From the NCBI GenBank assembly GCA_963765765.1, contig CAVXYC010000018.1:64001-128000 (forward strand): a stretch of DNA of 64,000 nt. Direction: 5' to 3'. Under the pieces are notes generated by a model, which saw only the letters and a program-made list of their open reading frames with translations, searched no databases and had not been told where the DNA came from. Position numbers and translations under genes: made by a program. This stretch comes from an uncultured Chloroflexia bacterium (GTDB lineage: Bacteria > Chloroflexota > UBA6077 > JACCZL01). This document shows positions 1 through 8,355 of the stretch, in pieces (position 1 is the first letter of the stretch; every line of letters starts with the position of its first letter).

Positions 1-493
1 CCACCAAATCGCGGGCGTTCTGTTCAGGATCACTCTGGCCCAACGCGGCGATGGCGTCGTTCGTATCGGCGAAGGCACCGGTGCCACCCTGTCGTGAAAG
101 CAGATCTGGAGCAAGGACGATGTAGCCTTCTGAAGCAAGGCGTCGAGCACAATCCTTGGTGTGCTCCACGAGCCCGCGGTTCTCGTGAATCGCGACAATG
201 GCGGGAAAGCTGCCGTATTCCGTCGGTCGAGCGAGATATCCCTGCAACTCGCCCTGCCCCAGGGCAATCTGCACGTCCATGCTCTCCAGCTCCGCACCGC
301 CGATGATGGGCCGGATGGCGGCCACACGGGGACGAGTGGAGCCGCCGCGTTCTGCGACCGAGCTAAGTACAAGCGCGGCCTGAGCCTCACCAACCATGCC
401 CCGTACGCGATGCTCGAGGTCCGCTCGACTGAGAGCGCCGTCCTCGTACTCCTCGATAAATTCATCGATGAGATAGGCCTGGAGATCGTTCAT
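1..493 (-). CDS. Dienelactone hydrolase family protein (YghX-like), 3' end outside window
   Basis: Manual translation from ATG at 493 with GGAGG upstream: MNDLQAYLIDEFIEEY...GYLARP...AIVAIHENRGLVEHTKDCARRLASEGYIVLAPDLLSRQGG. HENRGL and APDLLS are typical DLH motifs. Not in ORF track because it runs off the edge. Confidence 0.85.
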   Translation of the reverse strand, partial: MNDLQAYLIDEFIEEYEDGALSRADLEHRVRGMVGEAQAALVLSSVAERGGSTRPRVAAIRPIIGGAELESMDVQIALGQGELQGYLARPTEYGSFPAIVAIHENRGLVEHTKDCARRLASEGYIVLAPDLLSRQGGTGAFADTNDAIAALGQSDPEQNARDLV

Positions 494-695
494 TCCTTGC
501 CTCCTTCGTTGCAAAGGCCCATTATATTGCAGGGTTTGACGTTCCCGCGCTGGCAGCAGGACACGATATGATGCACCATGAGCCCCTCAAGCGGACTATT
601 CGCCTGCTGGGTGCCCTGTATTGACAGCGCTGCGAGCGACGTTGAATCTCGAGCGCTGAACGCGATGGCAGCGCTGCCAATGAGGAGGCGTTTGA

Positions 696-1676
696 ATGGC
701 TGAGATCGTCCTGGGTCTTGGGACCTCACATAGTCCACAACTGAGCACCCCGCCAGAGCAATGGAACCTGCGGGCCGACGTGGACCGGCGGAACCCGCGC
801 CTTCTCTGGGAGGACGGCGAGTACTACAACTTCGAGCAGCTCCTGGAGAAGGTGGACCGACAGGCCATCGCCAAGGAGATCGACACGGAGACCTTCAAGA
901 AGCGCTGGCAGGAATGCCAGGACGGCATCGCCAAAGTGGGTGAGGTGTTGACCGAGGTTAATCCGGACGTTGTGCTCCTCTTCGGTGACGATCAGGAAGA
1001 GGTCTATAAAAACGACAACATGCCGGCCATTAATGTGTACTGGGGCGAGACCGCACTCCAGAAGCCGCGCGCATATAGCAACAACCAGGCAATGAACGTG
1101 GCCGCCTGGGCCTATGGCGACAAGCTGCGTGACGCGCCGATAGCATCAAACCTGGGCCTGCACATCATCGAGTCACTCATCGACCAGGAGTATGACGTCG
1201 CTCACTCGCGTGAGCTCCCGCCGGATAAGGGCATCGGGCACGCCTGGACGTTCGTCTTTCACCGGGTGATGCACGACAAGGGTATTCCGGTCGTGCCGAT
1301 CCACATCAACACGTACTATCCGCCGAACCAGCCGCGTGTAAACCGGTGTTACGAACTGGGTCAGGCGGTCAAGCGCGCGGTGGACGACTGGAAAGGCAAC
1401 GAGCGCGTTGCCGTGATGTCCTCGGGCGGCCTGAGCCACTTCGTCGTGCTCGAGGAGTTCGACCGCAAAGTCATCCACGCCATGCAGGAGCGGGACGGCG
1501 ACGCGTTACGCAGCCTTCCAGAAAACCTGTTCAAATCAGGCACATCCGAGACCAAGAGCTGGATCGCCATGTCGGCGGCGACGGAGCATCTAGACACGAA
1601 GTGGCTGAACTACGTGCCCTGCTACCGTTCTGAGGCTGGCACCGGCTGTGGGATGGCCTTCGGCCACTGGGCCTGA
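696..1676 (+). CDS. Class III (LigB-family) extradiol ring-cleavage dioxygenase, DesZ (3-O-methylgallate 3,4-dioxygenase)-like
   Basis: MAEIVLGLGTSH start, GDDQ, NTYYPPNQP, SGGLSHF, GTSE and YVPCYRSEAGTG motifs. GAGGAGG RBS. Confidence 0.88.
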   Translation: MAEIVLGLGTSHSPQLSTPPEQWNLRADVDRRNPRLLWEDGEYYNFEQLLEKVDRQAIAKEIDTETFKKRWQECQDGIAKVGEVLTEVNPDVVLLFGDDQEEVYKNDNMPAINVYWGETALQKPRAYSNNQAMNVAAWAYGDKLRDAPIASNLGLHIIESLIDQEYDVAHSRELPPDKGIGHAWTFVFHRVMHDKGIPVVPIHINTYYPPNQPRVNRCYELGQAVKRAVDDWKGNERVAVMSSGGLSHFVVLEEFDRKVIHAMQERDGDALRSLPENLFKSGTSETKSWIAMSAATEHLDTKWLNYVPCYRSEAGTGCGMAFGHWA

Positions 1677-1699
1677 TTCGCCAGCAATCAAGAGACTGT

Positions 1700-1738
1700 A
1701 AATTGGCTCGGGCGGGAATCCTCGCCCGAGCCAATTTT
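1700..1738. terminator. Probable bidirectional intrinsic terminator
   Basis: AAATTGGCTCGGGCG...CGCCCGAGCCAATTT inverted repeat just after the dioxygenase stop. Confidence 0.7.
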
Positions 1739-1752
1739 CTATGCTCGGTGTT

Positions 1753-2222
1753 CTACTCCAGCTGGTCGCACTCACGACACGTGCCGCGTGGATGAATGAC
1801 CACCAGATTAAGACCGTTGGGCTCCCCATAGCGTTGTGCCACGCGAAAAACGTCTCCCCCGTGACGTCGCGAACTGAATCGAGATATTGGGCAGTTCGGG
1901 CCGTCGGGCGAATGTGAGCGATCGGCAAGGACCTGCGCCTGGGCAACACTGCTTTGCAATGCAAGCGCCTGCTTCCTTCAATGGATCGGTGTGCAGACGA
2001 GACTTCATCTGACAACGGTGGTGCGCTCCTCAAAACCCTGAGCTCCGATAGCAAAGCCTCAATGGGCCTCATCGAGCCGATCTGGTCGCACACCCATCGT
2101 GATTTCGACGAGTCCGATGTCGCTTGGATAACGAGAGCTGACATTACGTCCGTTACCACACGCGAATCCTCGCGCAGCGTGGTCTCGAGGCGACGTCCAG
2201 AGGTGCCGAGGACGCTCGCCAT
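1753..2222 (-). CDS. Possible hypothetical protein, perhaps frameshifted
   Basis: Two overlapping minus-strand ORFs (1590..2222, 1753..1959) point toward the terminator at 1700. No recognisable motif. Confidence 0.2.
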
Positions 2223-2521
2223 TCACATCCAAAGCGGCGCTCCGGGGACGTAATCCTTGACGCTTCGCGCACGCTACTCACCATGACTCCAACTTGATGG
2301 ATGTGTGAACACTGACGCTGGTCGAGCGAAGAATCGGGATTACTAACCTAAACGCTTGCGCGTCTGAAGGGCTCCGAATTGATCCTCAATTGCATGGCCA
2401 CCATGGAGGTGTGACTTGCAATGCATCGAATCATCCTCAACACAAGAAAACACCGGACGGGTACTAGACCCAGCGGTGCAAACCTGGCACACTGAGTCGG
2501 AGTTGCGCAACGGAGCTTCAA

Positions 2522-3214
2522 GTGCCCGGTAATGTCGATCTTGACGCCCTCGCTCAATCGGTGGTGCTTCGCGGCCTACCGCGCACCGAGCTCGAGCGGC
2601 TTGCCGCGGTGATGCGCCGCCGTACCTATCGGCGGGCCGAAGTCATCTTCCATCAAGGCGATCCCGGCGAATCGCTTCACGTCGTCTGCCAGGGAAAGTT
2701 GAAGGTCGTCATCACCGGCGACAACGGCGAAGAGGCGGTGCTGGCGATTCTCGGTCCGAGCGACGTCTTTGGAGAAATGGCGATTCTTGACGGCGGTCCC
2801 CGCTCCGCGACAGTGACGGCATTGGAGCAAGTGGAGACCGCGGTTCTGAACCGATCGGATTTCATTCAGCTCCTACGGAGCGCTCCAGCCATGGTGGATG
2901 GACTGCTTGCATCGCTAGCACGAACCATACGACGGGCAGACGAGGATATCGAGGGTCTGATGTTCCTTGACCTCCATGGTCGACTTGCGAGGAAGCTTCT
3001 CGAGCTCGCCAAGACGCACGGGGTGAACGCGGATGGTCGAGTCCTGATTCGTGTTCAGCTCACGCAAGAGGAGCTCGCAGGAATGATTGGGGCCTCACGC
3101 GCAAGCGTGAACAAGATCCTCGGCTACTTCGAGGATCGCGGCGCAATCGAGCGGCAGGGACGCCAGATTCTTGTCTGCAAACCTGACGTTTTGGAACGCC
3201 GCGCGGCTGTTTGA
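2522..3214 (+). CDS. Crp/Fnr family transcriptional regulator
   Basis: cNMP-binding motif FGEMAILDGGPRSATV and HTH LTQEELAGMIGASRASVNKIL. Confidence 0.95.
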   Translation: MPGNVDLDALAQSVVLRGLPRTELERLAAVMRRRTYRRAEVIFHQGDPGESLHVVCQGKLKVVITGDNGEEAVLAILGPSDVFGEMAILDGGPRSATVTALEQVETAVLNRSDFIQLLRSAPAMVDGLLASLARTIRRADEDIEGLMFLDLHGRLARKLLELAKTHGVNADGRVLIRVQLTQEELAGMIGASRASVNKILGYFEDRGAIERQGRQILVCKPDVLERRAAV

Positions 3215-3416
3215 GTCGTTTCCGTTGGGATCCATCGCCACGGTCGGCTTCACATCCTGCTTCAGACTGTCACCATCTCCACAAAGCAGCATGCTGGTGC
3301 ACGGGGCCCGGCTCAGCCTGCGCCACGGGTGATCGAGTGAGTACCATGCTACATCCTGGAGAGTCCGCTTCTGGGATCGACCCGATGGCGGGCGTCGCGC
3401 GGCTGTTCTGGCGGCG

Positions 3417-4691
3417 CTAATTGTCCTGCTGGTCCGCCGGTGAAGCCAACGGCACTTCAGTCATCTGCCAGACGCCCAGGAGCGCAGATACGCTGTGCTG
3501 CACAAAGTCCATCCGCACATACGGCTTCACAACGTCTTGACTCCAAGCCCCGATAAGGCGGTCCGGCCGACGGAATGGAGCCGAATTCTCGTCTGTGTAC
3601 TGAACGCGCATCAGGAACTGGACCGTGCGGCGAGCACCGTTTGCGAGTCGCGACTCGAGCTCGGCGTCACCACGGAGACGCGCTAGCTGCCACGCCGCGA
3701 TGAGCGCTTCCGCCTTGGTAGCCGTTGACGTGTAGTTGACCGGATTTCGCAGTCGAGACGCACCCACCGCCCAGGCATTGCCGTCTCCCTGCGTGTACTG
3801 GTGTCCGAGCATGCTTTCTGCCTGCAGGGAAACAACCTGCACATACGCGGGGTCAGGGACAATCGGGTAAAGCTCAGCCAGCGCCATGGTGAGCCAGTGA
3901 TCCTCGCGTGGGACGCTCATGAGGGAAGGTAGATCGCCATCGCGCACGTGGACGAGATAGTGGGCGGCGCGCTGGGCGTACTTCAGGTAAGGTCCGTCTG
4001 GAAACTGCTGGTCCAGACGAACGAGCGCAAGAAGGGCTTCACCGGGGTAGTAGTCGGAGAACGGTGTGTAGAGACGCCCTCCCTGCGTGGTGCTGTATGA
4101 CTGAAAGTACCTGCCCGGCTCTTCCGGAATTTCCATGGAGAGGAGAAACTCGGCCATCTCTCGAATCTCGCCATCGTAGAGGCTATCTCCTACAACACGG
4201 CGCCGCTCGAGTAGCGCAACCAGCGCAAGGGCCTGAGCACCGAGCTTGCTTCGGTTCGCAAAGACAAACGCGCGACGCCCGTCTTCAACGAGGGGCGATG
4301 AATCGATCATGAAGCGCGTGGCCTTTTCGGCCGCGATTCGTAACGAATCATCACCGAATGCCTCCGTGGCCTGGAACAGCGAATAGGTGACACCGGCATG
4401 CCGGACAGGGTTGTACTTCCCGTTCTCGTATCGATTCGCCTCCGGGTCATAGACATACTGGTACTTGCCGCTGGGCCGAACATTTCTCGCCAGCCACCGC
4501 GCACCGAGCCGCGCGCGCTCGTAGGAGAGGTCCGCGAGCGCCCGGGCGTCGAGCGCCGCCGTGCCGTCGAGGATGGCCTCATCTGCCGGCCCCGCGAGGA
4601 TCGGCGGTGTGACGGCCGAGACGCTGCCCAGCGCCAGAAGTAGTGCGAGCGCCGCGAGGATCAAGCGCCGCATGGGCCCAGCCGTGGTCAT
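3417..4691 (-). CDS. Secreted alpha/alpha-barrel (six-hairpin-like) protein of unknown function
   Basis: ATG at 4691 overlaps the upstream TGA (ATGA). Signal peptide MRRLILAALALLLALG. Helical repeats with motifs G.YQYVYD, YNPVRHAG, KLGAQALAL, YYPGEALLAL, DHWL, RMDFVQH. Confidence 0.7.
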   Translation of the reverse strand: MTTAGPMRRLILAALALLLALGSVSAVTPPILAGPADEAILDGTAALDARALADLSYERARLGARWLARNVRPSGKYQYVYDPEANRYENGKYNPVRHAGVTYSLFQATEAFGDDSLRIAAEKATRFMIDSSPLVEDGRRAFVFANRSKLGAQALALVALLERRRVVGDSLYDGEIREMAEFLLSMEIPEEPGRYFQSYSTTQGGRLYTPFSDYYPGEALLALVRLDQQFPDGPYLKYAQRAAHYLVHVRDGDLPSLMSVPREDHWLTMALAELYPIVPDPAYVQVVSLQAESMLGHQYTQGDGNAWAVGASRLRNPVNYTSTATKAEALIAAWQLARLRGDAELESRLANGARRTVQFLMRVQYTDENSAPFRRPDRLIGAWSQDVVKPYVRMDFVQHSVSALLGVWQMTEVPLASPADQQDN

Positions 4692-6907
4692 GAAGAGGGT
4701 ACCAGTCCTCGGCCGGCTTCCCAGGTCAGCCGTGGCCCAAGAATAGTACTGACCCGTTGAGCCTCGGCATCCTTGCACGGGCGAGGCTGGAAGCCCACCA
4801 CGCCAGGAGCCGTCACGATGCAGGCTAGCTCAATCGGCTCCAGTCCGTTGGGCCCGAACGCGGTCCGAGCGACCACGCCGTAGCCCGGAAACTCCTCGGT
4901 GAAACGTCCCCTCGAGCCGAAGGTGAAATTGCCGAGCGAGTAAACGACAGGCATGCCGTTCACGACTTCGACCGGCTGCAAACTGTGGGAGCCGTGTCCG
5001 ATGACGAGGTCATAACCGGCCTGCGCCATCTCCTCGGCCAGGCGGCGCTGCTTTGCCGTCACCGGCTCGTAGTTATCTCCCCAATGCAGGTAGCCTACTA
5101 CCCAGCGCGCTCCGGCCGCCTTGGCCAACTCTCGGCCTCGGACCACCGATTCGCTGTCGGCGCTCCTGACGCCGGGTTTCCCAGGGCCGGCAGTCGGGCT
5201 ATTTGGACCGGTCGGACCGAGGGCGACCACGGCGATCCAGCCGTGCGGCGTATCGATGAGGAGTGGCCTGGCTGCCTCGTCGTCGTCCAGGCCGGCGCCG
5301 ACTGCCTGGATGCCGACCTCGCGAAGGTACCGGGTGGTATCCGAGAGGCCCTCCGAGCCTCGATCCAGTGCGTGGTTATTGGCCAGGGTAACGGCCCGGA
5401 ACCCCACTTCGCGCAGCGCGACGGCCGCCCGCGGGTCGATGTTGTAACTGTACCGCGCCTCCGGGACCCGCGGGGTCTGGAGGGTCGTGATCGGCCCTTC
5501 GGCGTTGCCAATGGCGAAGTCGCCGGCCAGCAGTCCGCGGACACGCTCGAAGGGCCAGGTGTAGCCGTGCTCATCGAGGGAGCGCTGCGCGTCATCCCCG
5601 AGCAGGATGTCACCCACCCAGACGACGCGGAAGGGCTCGGCCGCAGGCTGGGCTGAGCCGGCAGTCACGGCGGCGGGCTGACTCTGAGCCGTGGCCGACC
5701 TGGACGCTGAACGACTCTGTGGCTTGGGCACACCGCTGGCTGAACCATTCTGCACATTAGCCGCCGCCGAGCTCGACCGGCTCTCCGCGTTGGCAACCCG
5801 CGGGGCCGGCTGGACGGGTACGCCGGCCCCGCGGGTTGCCCCGTAGTGCGATCCGGCCGCGAATGAGCCGGCGCACAGCAGCGTCACCAGGCCCAACAGG
5901 GCCGCCCGCCGGCCCATGGCTGACGTCCACGCCGGTGAGAGCCGAGGCGGTCGGATGCGGCCAAGCCACTCCCTGACAGAGGCCGGGCGCATCAAGGCCC
6001 CCACGCCCTCTAAGGAGAAGAAGGAGGCATAGGCTATCCCCCACAAGTAGTACTTGAAGGAGATGCCCATGATGAAGTAGATGCCCCAGTGCATTGGAAA
6101 CGCGGCGAGGACCCACAAGTACCCGAGGCGCCGGTTCAGGAGCGCGAGCGGTGCGCCCAGCTCCACGATCAGCGACCCGACGGCGAGGACGGTGAAGAGC
6201 CAGACGTGCTGGTAGAGGACCGCCGCCTGGGCCGGCGGGGGCTGGGCGAGCAGCTCTTTGCGCAGGCCATCCCAGGCCACCTGAAGCAGCAGGGCCTCGC
6301 CGGTTGCCCACCCCCAGCCGTGGGAGCTCGACACCTTGGCGATGCCCGCCAGGAGGTACGATGTGGCTGTCACGGCACAGATCAGCTTGATGGCAAACCC
6401 ATACTGCCACGCACCGGCTGGGTCGGGAAGCGTGGCCGAGGTCGGCCGGCCGCCCCGGCGGCACCAGGCTCTAATCAGGGCATCCAATGAGACCGCGTCG
6501 GCCGCGCGTGTGAGCCCCAGGACTAGAACGTGCGCGGTGACCAGAGCGTCGGGGTGGTTCACGCTGCCCCACGAGGCGAAATACGTCAGCACCGCTAGAA
6601 GCAGTACGGCGAAGAGCGGTCCGGTCACGCGGTACGCAAAGCCGAGAACAAATAGTACGCTGACGATCATCGCCAGCGTGAGCAGGCCAGAGATGGCCTG
6701 TGACGGAAGGGGCGCGGTCAGGAACGAGGTCACTCCGACCGGCTGAAACTGGCTCGCCGGGAGGCGGGCCAGCTCAAGGATCTCGTCGGATCGCCAGTGC
6801 AGCAGCCATACCGCGTACGAGCCGACCAGAATCCGAAGCGCGGCCAGGCGCGCCGCCGGCGCCTCCGCGAACCAGAACCGGTCCAGCCGCCCGATGATAC
6901 TGCCCAC
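4688..6907 (-). CDS. Fusion of HTTM / vitamin K-dependent carboxylase-like membrane domain and CapA (PGA_cap) metallophosphoesterase domain
   Basis: N-half: ARLAALRIL, GSVNH, YLLAGIAKV...W..GEAL, IVELGAPL, PMHWGI and several TM segments. C-half: WVGDILLG, GNAEGP, LANNHALD, HWG, IGHGSH, YSLGNFTF. Confidence 0.88.
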   Translation of the reverse strand: MGSIIGRLDRFWFAEAPAARLAALRILVGSYAVWLLHWRSDEILELARLPASQFQPVGVTSFLTAPLPSQAISGLLTLAMIVSVLFVLGFAYRVTGPLFAVLLLAVLTYFASWGSVNHPDALVTAHVLVLGLTRAADAVSLDALIRAWCRRGGRPTSATLPDPAGAWQYGFAIKLICAVTATSYLLAGIAKVSSSHGWGWATGEALLLQVAWDGLRKELLAQPPPAQAAVLYQHVWLFTVLAVGSLIVELGAPLALLNRRLGYLWVLAAFPMHWGIYFIMGISFKYYLWGIAYASFFSLEGVGALMRPASVREWLGRIRPPRLSPAWTSAMGRRAALLGLVTLLCAGSFAAGSHYGATRGAGVPVQPAPRVANAESRSSSAAANVQNGSASGVPKPQSRSASRSATAQSQPAAVTAGSAQPAAEPFRVVWVGDILLGDDAQRSLDEHGYTWPFERVRGLLAGDFAIGNAEGPITTLQTPRVPEARYSYNIDPRAAVALREVGFRAVTLANNHALDRGSEGLSDTTRYLREVGIQAVGAGLDDDEAARPLLIDTPHGWIAVVALGPTGPNSPTAGPGKPGVRSADSESVVRGRELAKAAGARWVVGYLHWGDNYEPVTAKQRRLAEEMAQAGYDLVIGHGSHSLQPVEVVNGMPVVYSLGNFTFGSRGRFTEEFPGYGVVARTAFGPNGLEPIELACIVTAPGVVGFQPRPCKDAEAQRVSTILGPRLTWEAGRGLVPSS

Positions 6908-6915
6908 CTTAGCTC

Positions 6916-7476
6916 CTACCGCACCACCGCGCAGGATGCCCGAACCGTCTCCGACCTGGGCAGCTTATTGCCCTTGAGATATTCCGACAGGCTAAAGGTG
7001 CCGGTCATGATCTCTATGCTGACAACCGATCGCAGGGACCGCGGATTCCTCTCGGCTATCCGGGCGCTGACGTTTTGACACAACTGCGCCGACTGTCCCT
7101 GCCTGACCATTTCCCGGACGGTCTCTCGACGGACGCGTGGCAAGCTCCCGCCTGGAGCGATATTGTTGTAATGGATGGCGTACCGCTGGCCCCGCGCGTC
7201 CCGTCCCACGACAAAGTGCTCCGTGTGCCGATCATCGATCTTAGCGGTGAACATCGGGAAATACGAGAGCGGGAAGCTGTCCCGAGGCCGAGCTTGCCAG
7301 TTCTGCACCACGGCCGACAGCATGGCACCGATCAACGCGATGCTGAAAGCGGCCGCTGGCAATTTGCCCATTTCGGCACGCCGCACTGGCCGCGCGGCTA
7401 CATCAGCGGTGACAACGCCTTGCGATGGCTGGACTACCGCGATATCGCTCATAGCGAATTCCGAGCTTGGGGCCAC
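6916..7476 (-). CDS. Small membrane-anchored protein, probable HTTM partner (SdpA-like or split carboxylase luminal domain)
   Basis: One N-terminal TM helix, then DSFPLSYFPMF. Two Cys (QLCQ, ASCAV). Stop lies 8 bp before the HTTM gene start. Confidence 0.7.
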   Translation of the reverse strand: MAPSSEFAMSDIAVVQPSQGVVTADVAARPVRRAEMGKLPAAAFSIALIGAMLSAVVQNWQARPRDSFPLSYFPMFTAKIDDRHTEHFVVGRDARGQRYAIHYNNIAPGGSLPRVRRETVREMVRQGQSAQLCQNVSARIAERNPRSLRSVVSIEIMTGTFSLSEYLKGNKLPRSETVRASCAVVR

Positions 7477-7681
7477 GATAGCGCAGTATATCGTCCCTTC
7501 CCCGAGTCATGCTGCCGCATACGGAACGCTGCTCTGCTCCCTCTAGTTGTCGTCATCATAGTCACCTGATGGCCATCCAGTGAAGCGCGTAGCCGTCGAC
7601 GATGACTCGAAGAAGCGCCAGCCTGGCCGGGCGCGCATCCCTAATCCAAGAGCGACCCGGCGGTTCGAGTCCAGTCCCACA

Positions 7682-8230
7682 TTAACGTCGCCGCGCAACC
7701 TGACACGTCTCGCGGACGAGCTCGGTTTGAGGATCCTTACTGGCAGTGAAAAACTCATGAAGGTCAAACGTACCGGTGAGAATCTGCACGCTCTGAATTC
7801 TCGAGAGAGCGCCGGTTTGGCGCTGGGCAACCCTCGCGCTTACCAGATACCAGAGCTCTGCAGCTCGACCGGCGCGCACGAATGAATTGATCTGCCGACG
7901 TACCTGGTTCATGACACCGGGCCAGGCCAGCGTGTACGGAATGAGGCTGCGATTGCCCCGTGCATCAACGCCCATAAAGTAGCTGAGCTGCTGCGCATCC
8001 GATCACCCATACGAGAACATCGGATAGTGCGAAAGCGGGAAGTTATCCGCCGGTTCCGGTCGCCAATTCTGAACGACTGGCGACATCACGACGAGAACCG
8101 CCAACAGGCTGAACAACCCGGCGCGCGCCTTCTCTGGATTGACTCGGCTAGCGCCCTCAGCCTCGGCGGCCAGGCCCTCGGTAGCAACCGTAAACTGGCC
8201 GATCACTGAACCACTCATTTTCCGCACCAT
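7682..8230 (-). pseudogene. Paralogue of 6916..7476 interrupted by an in-frame TGA at 8003-8005
   Basis: ORFs 8003..8230 and 7682..7975 share one frame: DNFPLSHYPMFSYG*SDAQQLSYFMGVDARG aligns without gaps to DSFPLSYFPMFTAKIDDRHTEHFVVGRDARG. Confidence 0.75.
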
Positions 8231-8234
8231 AACA

Positions 8235-8266
8235 GAAGCGACGTGTCAATCCCGACACGTCGCTTC
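8235..8266 (-). terminator. Stem-loop between the poly-Asp gene and downstream genes
   Basis: Perfect 13-bp inverted repeat GAAGCGACGTGTC-N6-GACACGTCGCTTC, followed by TGTTAT on the minus strand. Confidence 0.55.
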
Positions 8267-8355
8267 CTTGTATCTGGGGACTCATCAACCTAGGCTGACG
8301 GTCCCAACACAACAGCGCTAGCCTGCTCTCAACGAGAACTGCCGACTAGAGATGA

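Noticed and set aside
2300-2520. Crp/Fnr operator upstream of the crp-like gene
   Set aside because: Only half-sites (TGTGA) are present, with no matching TCACA at the 6-bp spacing.
4688-5660. Standard poly-gamma-glutamate capsule operon
   Set aside because: capB/capC are absent from the window, and CapA domains often occur without PGA synthesis.
7543-7830. Minus-strand ORF ending GDYDDDN as a third acidic-tail protein
   Set aside because: It overlaps the partner paralogue in another frame and lacks the shared head domain and signal peptide. The short acidic end could be chance or an unprovable remnant.
8003-8005. In-frame TGA as a second selenocysteine
   Set aside because: It aligns to Ile, not Cys, in the paralogue, has no redox motif, and has only a weak downstream hairpin. 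A nonsense mutation or read error is more likely.
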